Source: an uncultured Desulfohalobiaceae bacterium
GTDB taxonomy: Bacteria; Desulfobacterota; Desulfovibrionia; Desulfovibrionales; Desulfothermaceae
DNA length: 48,693 nt
Direction: 5' to 3'
Assembly (NCBI GenBank): GCA_964446205.1
Contig: CAYUNZ010000002.1
Coordinates: forward strand, 1 to 48,693
The translations under genes were made by a program, and so were the position numbers. Positions 18,109-26,821 of this stretch are shown here, piece after piece (position 1 is the stretch's first letter; every line of letters begins with the position of its first letter). The notes beneath the pieces were generated by a model. That model did not search any database. It was not told the DNA's origin and worked only from the letters and a program-made list of their open reading frames with translations.

Positions 18109-20217
18109 ATGAATCCCCTTTTGATGTCTTTATTGCTCATTGTCGGTATAGGTATTTTTATTCGGACAATGTATTATAAGATCCGGTTATTAAGAGCATT
18201 GGAGCCAGCTGATCGACTCAATAATATCAAAGAGCGACTAAAGAATATGGTTGTTATAGCCATTGGTCAAAAGCGCTTGGTTGGGAGGAAGAGAGAGAGA
18301 TCTGCGGGAATAATGCACGCCTTAATCTTTTGGGGGTTTTTAATACTTTTAATCCGCAGTTTAAATCTTTATGGAATAGGATTTGTTCAAGGTTTTACCT
18401 TACCTTTTCTAGGTGATGACTCTATTTTGGGCTATCTATATTTGGCCCTTAAAGATATCGTCGAAGGCATCGTCCTCTTGATGATAATTTATGCCATCTT
18501 TCGTAGGGTGGTATTGAAACCGGAACGTTTACACAATACATGGGAAGCATATATTATTCTGGTCTTGATCGGGATATTGATGATCTCTGATCTATTATTG
18601 GATGGGGCTCGATACAATCTGGTTATATTACATAATAATCCGGAAAATTTACATTTTTTCAATAACCCCCAATACGGTTCTGAGTTTCTGTGGACACCTG
18701 TTGCTAGGGGGGCAGCAGGTCTTATATCTTGGATGAGTGCTAAGTCCAGTTTATATCTCATAACTGCCATGTTCTGGTTACATATAATCACCCAATTGGT
18801 CTTTCTAAATATTCTGCCCATAGGGAAACACTTCCATGTTATAACTGCCCTGCCCAATGTCTTTTTAAAGAGCCTGGGCTATCCACATGAAAAGACTAAA
18901 GTTTTGGATTTGGAGGATGAACAGGCCTGGGAAGACGAGTCTTTGGGAATAAATTATATTCATCAGCTCAATTGGAAACAAGGTTTGGACCTTTATACTT
19001 GTACAGAATGCGGTCGATGTAAGGAGGTATGTCCTGCTTATGTTACTGATAAACCATTAAGTCTACATGACTGTAATGATAGTTTAAAGTTTGAACTGTT
19101 GGATAATGCGGAAAATATAGTCAAAAGAGACAAGTTGGCGGCATCCCTCAAGCAAGTAGATGATTCAGAACAGATTGAAAAGATAAAAGCTGAAATGGCT
19201 GAGCTAGGTAGTAAAAAGCAGCTTATTGGTGATGTGATCTCTGAAGACACCCTTTGGGCCTGTACCACATGTCGAGCCTGTGAAGAGGTCTGTCCTGTGA
19301 CAATTGAACAGGTACCCCGTATACTTGCCATGAGACAGGGGCAGATGTTGATGGCTGAATCCTATCCCAAAGAGCTGAACTTGGCCTTTAAGGGCCTTGA
19401 ACGAAATGGCAATCCCTGGGGTATTGGATATGACAAACGGGCTGATTGGGCGCAAGGTCTGGATGTAAAGTTGATGTCTGAAGATTCTAATGTGGATTAT
19501 CTACTCTGGGTAGGTTGTGCTGGTTCTTTTGATGATAGAACCAAAAAGGTATCCACAAGCTTGGTAAAAATATTGCAAAAAGCTGGAATCAGTTTTGCTA
19601 TTCTTGGTGTCGAGGAGAAATGTACTGGTGATTTTGCTAGAAGGGCCGGTAATGAGATGTTGTACCAGATGATGGCTCAAGAGAATATCGAGACCCTAAA
19701 TAATTACAATGTCAAGAAGATAATAACTCCCTGTCCCCACTGCCTGAATACCCTTAAGCATGAATATCCTCAATTAGGCGGAAATTACCAGGTTTTCCAT
19801 CATTCGGAGTTTATTGATCAGCTCATAAAAGATGGCAAGATCAGTATAAACAATTCATTGGAAGGTTCTTTGACCTACCATGATCCCTGTTATCTTGGTC
19901 GCTACAACTCTGTTTACGATCAGCCCAGATCGGTTTTGCAGTCTATGGCCAAAGATGGTTTTAAAGAGCTTGATCGATATGGACGGGAAAGCTTTTGTTG
20001 TGGGGCCGGTGGTGCTAGGATGTGGATGGAAGAGACCATAGGGAAAAGGATCAATCTAGAGCGTTCAGAAGAGATAGTTGGTAAGCAAGTGCAGAATGTG
20101 GCTGTGGGATGTCCATTTTGCTTAACCATGATTGAAGACGGCATGAAAGAGCTTTACAAGGAAGATGAAATAAAGACTCAAGATATTGCTGAGCTTGTAG
20201 CCAAGTGTATGGTCTAA
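18109..20217 (+). CDS. Membrane-anchored Fe-S oxidoreductase with HdrD-like CCG domains (ETF:quinone oxidoreductase type)
   Basis: ATG at 18109 follows a GAGGTGG RBS. The track start at 18004 would overlap etfA. About five N-terminal hydrophobic helices, ferredoxin motifs CTECGRCKEVCP and CTTCRACEEVCP, and two CCG domains (CCGAGGARMW, GCPFC). Confidence 0.75.
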   Translation: MNPLLMSLLLIVGIGIFIRTMYYKIRLLRALEPADRLNNIKERLKNMVVIAIGQKRLVGRKRERSAGIMHALIFWGFLILLIRSLNLYGIGFVQGFTLPFLGDDSILGYLYLALKDIVEGIVLLMIIYAIFRRVVLKPERLHNTWEAYIILVLIGILMISDLLLDGARYNLVILHNNPENLHFFNNPQYGSEFLWTPVARGAAGLISWMSAKSSLYLITAMFWLHIITQLVFLNILPIGKHFHVITALPNVFLKSLGYPHEKTKVLDLEDEQAWEDESLGINYIHQLNWKQGLDLYTCTECGRCKEVCPAYVTDKPLSLHDCNDSLKFELLDNAENIVKRDKLAASLKQVDDSEQIEKIKAEMAELGSKKQLIGDVISEDTLWACTTCRACEEVCPVTIEQVPRILAMRQGQMLMAESYPKELNLAFKGLERNGNPWGIGYDKRADWAQGLDVKLMSEDSNVDYLLWVGCAGSFDDRTKKVSTSLVKILQKAGISFAILGVEEKCTGDFARRAGNEMLYQMMAQENIETLNNYNVKKIITPCPHCLNTLKHEYPQLGGNYQVFHHSEFIDQLIKDGKISINNSLEGSLTYHDPCYLGRYNSVYDQPRSVLQSMAKDGFKELDRYGRESFCCGAGGARMWMEETIGKRINLERSEEIVGKQVQNVAVGCPFCLTMIEDGMKELYKEDEIKTQDIAELVAKCMV

Positions 20218-20373
20218 ATTTGTTCATAATAGTCATTGGATGCTTTAGTCAGGTTTTTCTATCTCCATGATATAATTATATTTTTAACAGATAATCTTTT
20301 TATACAGTTTTATTGATGATCTAACCGCAGTAAAGAAAGATAAAATATTGAAGCATGAATGAAATCTTACCTG

Positions 20374-20401
20374 TTGACAAAATGAAGAGAGAGGATATAA
20401 G
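20374..20401 (+). promoter_or_regulatory. Candidate sigma70 promoter for the AbrB-like/GNAT pair
   Basis: TTGACA (20374-20379), a 16-nt spacer, then TATAAG (20396-20401). Confidence 0.35.
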
Positions 20402-20413
20402 GAACTAGATACA

Positions 20414-20608
20414 ATGGTAAATGAGAGCTATTCAAAACGCGAAAAAGATACAACTCCACATGAAGACAAGGTACAGCGAAAGGTCAAGTTTGAAGTTTAT
20501 GGTGAAGAAATGATGGAGAAAGTTGTCAAATTGAGCGGAAATAGCGGTCGTATCTATCTGCCTCCAGATTGGGTTGGACACAAGGTAAAAATAATAAAAA
20601 TCGATTAA
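20414..20608 (+). CDS. Small AbrB/SpoVT-like (DUF2080-like) protein
   Basis: 64 aa. The C-terminal GNSGRIYLPPDWVGHKVKIIKI resembles the swapped-hairpin motif G-N-S-x-x-[IV]-x-[LV]-P-x-x-W-x-G-x-x-V. Assigned from motif memory only. Confidence 0.4.
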   Translation: MVNESYSKREKDTTPHEDKVQRKVKFEVYGEEMMEKVVKLSGNSGRIYLPPDWVGHKVKIIKID

Positions 20609-20626
20609 CCTATTATAGTATAAAAT

Positions 20627-21079
20627 ATGGAGAATATTTTGGACAATGTGAAGGTTCGTAAGATCAGACTCGAGGATGCCCCTGAGTTGAAACGAATCAA
20701 CAGTGCCATAATCAATTCCCCTTCAGCCATAGATTTTCAACAGATTATAGAAGAGCAAAAGCAAAAAAATGAAGAAGAGACCTCTCTTATCGCTGAACTT
20801 GAGGGACAGGTTATAGGGTATATGATCAGTTATATTATCTATGGTGGATTTGGTTTAGAAAAGAGTGCCTGGATAGCTACATTAGGGGTAGATCCAAAGT
20901 TTATGGGTCAAGGTATAGGGAAAAGGCTGGCTAAAGAGATATTTCGAATTTATGAATCCAAAGGGGTCTCTTATATATATACCTCAGTTATTTGGGATTC
21001 TATTGATCTCTTGTCCTTTTTTAAGACCCTTGGCTTTGATAGGAGCGATTTTATCAACTTACGACGACCACTTCATTAA
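20627..21079 (+). CDS. GNAT-family N-acetyltransferase
   Basis: 150 aa. Has the acetyl-CoA-binding motif MGQGIGKRLAKE and a GNAT-like beta-strand pattern (VIGYMISY, WIATLGVDPKF). Confidence 0.8.
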   Translation: MENILDNVKVRKIRLEDAPELKRINSAIINSPSAIDFQQIIEEQKQKNEEETSLIAELEGQVIGYMISYIIYGGFGLEKSAWIATLGVDPKFMGQGIGKRLAKEIFRIYESKGVSYIYTSVIWDSIDLLSFFKTLGFDRSDFINLRRPLH

Positions 21080-21235
21080 GACAACAAATAATGGGTCTGA
21101 AGACATCCATCCATTTCAGATCCAGTTTCCCCTCCTTTTTTGGTTGCTTTGCTTTATCTGGTGACCATTTCCTATTTATTCCCTTATTGTAGCAGTCAAA
21201 TAAAATAATACTATGGTAATTCGAGGTATGTTACC

Positions 21236-22096
21236 ATGCTCTATCACCATTTTGCTAGCCAGGAAGAGATTGATGCTCAGTATGACCCTATGCGAGAACG
21301 TAAGGATGGGTCAGAATTGCTAGATAATTGGCGCAAGCTTAGCGCGGCGACTAGAACACGACTGACTTTGTGCCAAGACGTTGCTTATGGTCCGTCGTTA
21401 CCAGAGTGCCTGGATCTATTTTTTGCAGAGCAAGGCAAAGCCCCTCTACATATCTTTTTTCACGGTGGCTATTGGCGCGCGCTGAGTCACAAGGAGTTTT
21501 CTTTTATTGCTGATCGGTTTGTGGAAATCGGTATAAACGTAGCCATAGTAAATTACGCTCTGTGTCCAAATGTACACTTCAGTGAGCTGGTGCGACAGTG
21601 CCAAGCAGCACTGGTGTGGTTGTACCGCCACTCCAAAAAACTGGGCTTTGATGCTGAACAGATTACAATCTCCGGACATTCGGCGGGAGGTCATCTTTGC
21701 GCCATGCTGATGGCAACGGACTGGCAGAGGATGTTCGGTCTGCCAGACAAAGTAATACAGGGCGCTCTGGCGATAAGCGGTTTGTATGATCTACGGCCCT
21801 TTCCGTATTCATGGTTACAACCCAAGCTGCAACTTACTGGCCGTGAAATAATGAACTATAGCCCCTTATTCTTGCCGCCCAGGGTGCAAGCCCCGGTGAT
21901 CCTCACAGCTGGTGGTGAGGAGCCCGCTGAGTTCGAACGTCAAATGATTGCTTATGCCGAACATCTGCGAAACCATGGCCTTGAGGTCAGCCCGAGCATC
22001 AAGAACGGCGATGATCATTTTTCAATCCTCGAGCATTACATTCAGAGCGATGGCGACTTTGTGACTGCAATCAAAAGTCTGTTGTCTACTGACTAA
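21236..22096 (+). CDS. Alpha/beta hydrolase (esterase/arylformamidase-like)
   Basis: 286 aa with the oxyanion-hole motif HGGYW and the nucleophile elbow GHSAGGH. G+C is markedly higher than in flanking genes. Confidence 0.75.
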   Translation: MLYHHFASQEEIDAQYDPMRERKDGSELLDNWRKLSAATRTRLTLCQDVAYGPSLPECLDLFFAEQGKAPLHIFFHGGYWRALSHKEFSFIADRFVEIGINVAIVNYALCPNVHFSELVRQCQAALVWLYRHSKKLGFDAEQITISGHSAGGHLCAMLMATDWQRMFGLPDKVIQGALAISGLYDLRPFPYSWLQPKLQLTGREIMNYSPLFLPPRVQAPVILTAGGEEPAEFERQMIAYAEHLRNHGLEVSPSIKNGDDHFSILEHYIQSDGDFVTAIKSLLSTD

Positions 22097-22157
22097 GGGA
22101 TGGTTTTTCCCAAATAGATATTTTCCCGCTTGAGGTGAACTCTAAAGTTTATATTGA

Positions 22158-22838
22158 TTATACTCCTAAATAGCGGTCTTTTAGCGTGTTGGTCAAGTCA
22201 CTAGGCGGTCCGGTCCAGACGGTCTTACCTTTCTCAAGGATTATGCAGCTGTCAGCCAGTGGTAGTAGCTCTTTTAATGACTTATCAACTATAAGGGTGG
22301 ATAGCCCTTGCTGCTTGAATGTATGAATAGCCTTCCAAATTTCCTGACGAATTACTGGTCCTAGACCTTCGGTAGCTTCATCGAGAACCAATAATTTTGG
22401 GTTGGTCATTAGAGCTCGACCTATGGCCAGCATTTGTTGTTCACCGCCGGAGAGACTCCATGCCGGTTGATGGCTTCGTTCTGCCAGTCGCGGAAACATC
22501 GATTCAACCTTGGCCAAAGTCCAGTCACCGGGATTGGCAGCAACGAGTAGATTTTCGCGTACATTTAAATTTCTGAAGCATCGACGACCTTCTGGGACAA
22601 GGCCAAGGCCGAGCCGGGCAATACGGTGTGCCGGCAGTCCGGTAATGTCATGGCCATCAAATTCCACTTGACCAGCGTTTGGGGGAGTCAACCCAAAAAT
22701 TGATCGAATAGTTGTAGTTTTTCCCATACCATTGCGGCCCATGAGGGCTACCAATTGACCTGCTTTCAGGCTCAGATCAACTCTGAATAGTGCCTGTGAG
22801 GGGCCATAAAAGGTCTCTATTGCGGCTACGTTCAGCAT
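22158..22838 (-). CDS. livF: ABC transporter ATP-binding protein, LivF-like
   Basis: 226 aa. Walker A GRNGMGKTT, ABC signature LSGGEQQM, Walker B LLVLDE. Confidence 0.85.
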   Translation of the reverse strand: MLNVAAIETFYGPSQALFRVDLSLKAGQLVALMGRNGMGKTTTIRSIFGLTPPNAGQVEFDGHDITGLPAHRIARLGLGLVPEGRRCFRNLNVRENLLVAANPGDWTLAKVESMFPRLAERSHQPAWSLSGGEQQMLAIGRALMTNPKLLVLDEATEGLGPVIRQEIWKAIHTFKQQGLSTLIVDKSLKELLPLADSCIILEKGKTVWTGPPSDLTNTLKDRYLGV

Positions 22839-23584
22839 GCCTCGTCTCCCAGATAGGCTTCACGCACCTGTGGGTTGGTTCGTATGGCTTCGCTATTGCC
22901 GTGAGCAATCAATTCACCGCCCACGAGTACTGAGATGCGGTCGGCTAGCCGGAACACGGCGTCCATGTCATGTTCGATCAACAGGATGGGCACATTCTGT
23001 TTCAGGTTTTCCAGCAGACCTGTAAGTTTTTCTGTGCCTTCTGGTCCAAGTCCGGCCATAGGTTCGTCCAGTAAGAGGGCCTTGGGTTTGAGAGCCAAGG
23101 CGCATGCTATTTCCACTTGGCGACGTTCGCCGTGGGACAGCCTTGAGACCGGAATATCGGCACGGGTTTGCAGGCCAATTTGGGCCAGGGCTTCACTAGC
23201 CGGTTCGAGTAACTCAGGATCAGACTGTACTGGCTTCCAGAATCGGAATGGACTGCCCTGCAAGGCTTGCACAGACATCATGACATTACGTTTTACACTG
23301 AGTTTTTCGGCCAGTGACGAGACCTGGAAGGTACGCCCCAGTCCTTTACACGCTCTTGTTGCTATCGACAGACGGCTAAGGAACTCACCGTCTAGACAGA
23401 TCTCACCGCTGTCCTGCTTTAAATTGCCTGAAATCAGACTGATCAAAGTTGATTTACCGGCTCCGTTGGGTCCGATCAGAGCGTGAATTTCACTTTTCAT
23501 CAGGTCCAGAGATACACAACGAGTGGCATGCAAAGCACCGAAAGACTTGTCCAGGTCCTGGATATTTAGAATGGCTTTAGACAT
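22832..23584 (-). CDS. livG: ABC transporter ATP-binding protein, LivG-like
   Basis: Walker A GPNGAGKST, signature LSHGERRQ, Walker B LLLDEP. The start is set at MSKAILNIQDL (23584), not the longer track ORF. Confidence 0.85.
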   Translation of the reverse strand: MSKAILNIQDLDKSFGALHATRCVSLDLMKSEIHALIGPNGAGKSTLISLISGNLKQDSGEICLDGEFLSRLSIATRACKGLGRTFQVSSLAEKLSVKRNVMMSVQALQGSPFRFWKPVQSDPELLEPASEALAQIGLQTRADIPVSRLSHGERRQVEIACALALKPKALLLDEPMAGLGPEGTEKLTGLLENLKQNVPILLIEHDMDAVFRLADRISVLVGGELIAHGNSEAIRTNPQVREAYLGDEAC

Positions 23585-24614
23585 CTCGTGCCCTCCCGGC
23601 CAGCAGACCCATAATGCCGCCCTGTGCGAATAAGACCACGCCAAGCAAGATTAAGCCTAGTAAAAATTGCCAGTATTCGGTAAGTCCCCCGAGGAATGTC
23701 TCCAACAAGACAAATAAGATGGCTCCGGCGAGCGGACCGCTGTGACGACCGACTCCACCAAGAACGACAATGACTATAAGTTGACCGGACTGGTGCCAAT
23801 TGAGCATTGATGGGCCTACGAATCCGTTTAAATCTGCATACAATGCACCGGCTAACCCAGTGATCATACCGCTGATGATAAATCCTATTAGGCGCACTGG
23901 CCCGGGTTCCACACCTGCAGTGGCCAGCCGGATCGGATTCATTCGGGCCATTGTCAGTGCTGCACCAAAACGGGCAGCGATAGCCCGCTGGCAAAAGCCC
24001 ATGCTCAGAATCAACAATCCGAAACAGAGTGCAAAAAAGATTAAAGCATTGTTGGTATCAAGCCCGTAAAACTGATTTCTGATGTAGATCGGGAGTCCGT
24101 CCTGACCTCCGTAGGCTGGCCAGGAAATGGCAAAATAGTAGATCATTTGGGCAAATGCCAGTGTGATCATAATGAAATAGACACCCGTTGTGCGTAGCGA
24201 AAGTTTGCCGATAAAATAGGCAACTATGGCGCAAACAAGCATTGACGTTATCCACAAAGGCAACATTTGGTCACAGCCATTAGGCAAGGCAGCAATACCC
24301 AGAATAGAGCTGCTCTGGAAGGCGTGAAAGGCCCCGATGCCGACTACATATCCTCCTATTCCGAAAAAGGCCGCATGTCCTAAACTTATCATGCCGCCGA
24401 AACCGAGGGCAAGGTTCAGTCCAACGCCTGCCATGGCCATGATGGTGATGTGGGAGGCTAAATCAACGTAAAATATATCGCCCAGTATATAGGCAATAAT
24501 GGCAGCCAAGGCCAAAGAGACCAACAGGATCAGGCTGACCCAGTGTTCCCTGGTTAGGGCCATACTTGTCTTCGAGGCATTGAGTGTGTTTTGCTTGCAG
24601 TCCAGACTAGTCAT
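23577..24614 (-). CDS. livM: Branched-chain-amino-acid-type ABC transporter permease, LivM-like
   Basis: 345 aa, polytopic membrane protein. Its ends overlap the neighbouring liv genes by 8 nt, consistent with translational coupling. Confidence 0.8.
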   Translation of the reverse strand: MTSLDCKQNTLNASKTSMALTREHWVSLILLVSLALAAIIAYILGDIFYVDLASHITIMAMAGVGLNLALGFGGMISLGHAAFFGIGGYVVGIGAFHAFQSSSILGIAALPNGCDQMLPLWITSMLVCAIVAYFIGKLSLRTTGVYFIMITLAFAQMIYYFAISWPAYGGQDGLPIYIRNQFYGLDTNNALIFFALCFGLLILSMGFCQRAIAARFGAALTMARMNPIRLATAGVEPGPVRLIGFIISGMITGLAGALYADLNGFVGPSMLNWHQSGQLIVIVVLGGVGRHSGPLAGAILFVLLETFLGGLTEYWQFLLGLILLGVVLFAQGGIMGLLAGRARDV

Positions 24615-25527
24615 TGGCAGAAAACAATCCTTTCGGTTTAAAAACTAGGATGATGGCCATCAGCAAGTAGATCAACATCGAAGCCAGAGCTACACCTATT
24701 GTCGAGGCATCTGAGGCCTCCATGAATAACTTGAAAAAACTTGGCAGAAGAACACGACCGAAGGTATCAACTACGCCGACTAATAGTGAGGCTATAAAGG
24801 CGCCTTTGATGGAGCCGATACCGCCGATGACAATGACTACAAAGGCGAGAATCAGTACTGGTTCACCCATGCCAACCTGCACAGATTGCAACGCACCTAT
24901 GGTAGCGCCAGCTAATCCGGCCAGCCCGGCCCCGAGTGCAAAGACTAGAGTATAGAGAACGTTGATGTCGACCCCAAGCGCACCGATCATTTCACGATCA
25001 TTTTCGCCAGCCCGGATACGCATACCCAAACGGGTTTTGTTGATCAAAAAATACAGCCCGATAGCAATTAGTACACCGATTAGAATGATCACCAGTCGAT
25101 AAATTGGATATACGACGCCTCCAGGCAGCAAAATCGAACCATCCAGGATGTCAGGAATATTAAGCCAAAGAGGAGAGGCGCCATAAATCCAGCGTGTTCC
25201 TTCGAGAAAGATCAGGATCAAGGCAAAGGTGGCCAATACTTGATCCAGATGATCTCGATTATACAGCTTCCGCATTACCAACAACTCAACCACCCCACCA
25301 ATCAACCCTGCAGCCAGAACACCACAAGCCAGTCCCAGCCAGAAGGAGCCGCTCATGCCAGTCACCCACGCGGTGACAAAAGCTCCAGTCATGTAAAAGG
25401 AGCCATGAGCCAGGTTGATCAGGCCCATGACGCCGAATATCAGGGTCAGTCCGCTGGCCATTAGAAATAGCGTGATGCCTAACTGAAAGCCGTTTAGCAG
25501 CTGTTCAAGTATCAGTGACAGACTCAT
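24607..25527 (-). CDS. livH: Branched-chain-amino-acid-type ABC transporter permease, LivH-like
   Basis: 306 aa, polytopic membrane protein. The MSLSLILEQLLNGFQLG N-terminus is typical of the LivH family. Confidence 0.8.
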   Translation of the reverse strand: MSLSLILEQLLNGFQLGITLFLMASGLTLIFGVMGLINLAHGSFYMTGAFVTAWVTGMSGSFWLGLACGVLAAGLIGGVVELLVMRKLYNRDHLDQVLATFALILIFLEGTRWIYGASPLWLNIPDILDGSILLPGGVVYPIYRLVIILIGVLIAIGLYFLINKTRLGMRIRAGENDREMIGALGVDINVLYTLVFALGAGLAGLAGATIGALQSVQVGMGEPVLILAFVVIVIGGIGSIKGAFIASLLVGVVDTFGRVLLPSFFKLFMEASDASTIGVALASMLIYLLMAIILVFKPKGLFSAND

Positions 25528-25544
25528 AACTGTGTCCTATAGGA

Positions 25545-26687
25545 TTATTTCCAGTCCATTGAACACTGGTCAGCATAGGCGTCCTGGTGGTCTTCTACTG
25601 CTATGCCTAAAAGTTTGTTAGTAGGCTTGCCGTCTTCACCGGTTACTACTTCACGGACATAGATATCATGGATCGGGTGATGATTGCAGCCGAAGCGGAA
25701 ATCTCCTCGAGTTGAGTTGAAATTGGCTGCTCTCAATGCAGCACGGAAGGCATCTTGGTCCTCCGGATGGGCTTTTTCAAGTGCCGACAAAATGAGATTG
25801 GCAGTGTCAAAGCCTTGAGATGCATATAAGGTGGGTATGCGGTCGTATTTGGCTTTAAAGCTCTCTACGAAAGCTTGGTTGGTCGGATTTTCCAGGTCGT
25901 ATGCCCACTGTGAGGTGTTCTTCGCTCCAATTGCGGCCTCTCCCACGCTATTGATGATGATCTCGTCAAATGAAAAGGCCGCACCAAAGATAGGCAAATT
26001 GACATCAAATTGCTTCTGGAAAGCAATGCCCATGCCGCCAGGAAGGAAGAAAAAGACACTATCAGCATCACTGCTGCGAATTCTGGCTATTTCAGAGGCG
26101 TAGTCAGTTTGTCCCAATTGAGTATAGACCTCGTTGGCAATTTTTCCGTCAAAACCCCTTTTGAATCCTTCTAAGGCGTCAGTACCAGCTGGGTAGTTAG
26201 GGGCCAGAATGAAAGGTTTTTTCAGCCCGGATTTTTTCATATAGATACCCATAGATTCATGCAGTTGGTCGTTCTGCCAGGCGACGTTGAAGTAGTTTTT
26301 GTGACACATATCCCCAGCCAGTTTAGAGGGGCCGGCGTTGGGTGAGAGGTAAAAGATCCCCTGGCGCACTAATGAGGGGACGATTGCCATGGCAAGATTA
26401 GAAAAAATACAGCCAGTCATGATGTCAACATTTTCTCGTTGGACTAACTCGTTGGATATTTTTTTGGCAACTCCGGGTTTGCGGGCATCGTCTCTGATGA
26501 ATACTTCAATGTCGTCTCTACCGGATTGTTCCATGGCGAGCATAAAGCCATCGCGCACATCGACACCAAGATGGGAACCGCCGCCGGAGAGGGTTGTCAT
26601 TAAACCGATCTTAACGTCTTTAGCGTAACTGGTGGTTACGCTAAAGGATATCAATAAGCCCAGTATTACAATTACTAATTTTTTCAT
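25545..26687 (-). CDS. Periplasmic substrate-binding protein, LivK/type-I PBP family
   Basis: 380 aa with an N-terminal signal peptide (MKKLVIVILGLLISFSVTTSYA). First gene of the livKHMGF-type series. Substrate unknown. Confidence 0.8.
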   Translation of the reverse strand: MKKLVIVILGLLISFSVTTSYAKDVKIGLMTTLSGGGSHLGVDVRDGFMLAMEQSGRDDIEVFIRDDARKPGVAKKISNELVQRENVDIMTGCIFSNLAMAIVPSLVRQGIFYLSPNAGPSKLAGDMCHKNYFNVAWQNDQLHESMGIYMKKSGLKKPFILAPNYPAGTDALEGFKRGFDGKIANEVYTQLGQTDYASEIARIRSSDADSVFFFLPGGMGIAFQKQFDVNLPIFGAAFSFDEIIINSVGEAAIGAKNTSQWAYDLENPTNQAFVESFKAKYDRIPTLYASQGFDTANLILSALEKAHPEDQDAFRAALRAANFNSTRGDFRFGCNHHPIHDIYVREVVTGEDGKPTNKLLGIAVEDHQDAYADQCSMDWK

Positions 26688-26821
26688 TTTATACCTCCAA
26701 AGATGTTTTAATTGTTTTTACTTATTGGTTATCTTATGGAAATGAGTTCGACTTTATTGACATTTTGTTTCCACGTATGAGGACATTTGAGATAGGATTT
26801 AAAACTTTTAAGCCGAATTGA

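Noticed and set aside
20952-21164. 70-aa plus-strand ORF overlapping the 3' end of the GNAT gene
   Set aside because: It is out of frame within the GNAT coding region and has a hydrophobic, low-information translation. Most likely spurious.
22935-23486. 183-aa plus-strand ORF, with similar ORFs at 23566-23994, 24722-24955, 25240-25464 and 25831-26103
   Set aside because: All are antisense to, or out of frame within, well-supported liv genes. They have Pro/Arg/Ser-rich low-complexity translations and occur only in the GC-rich block, where stop codons are rare by composition.
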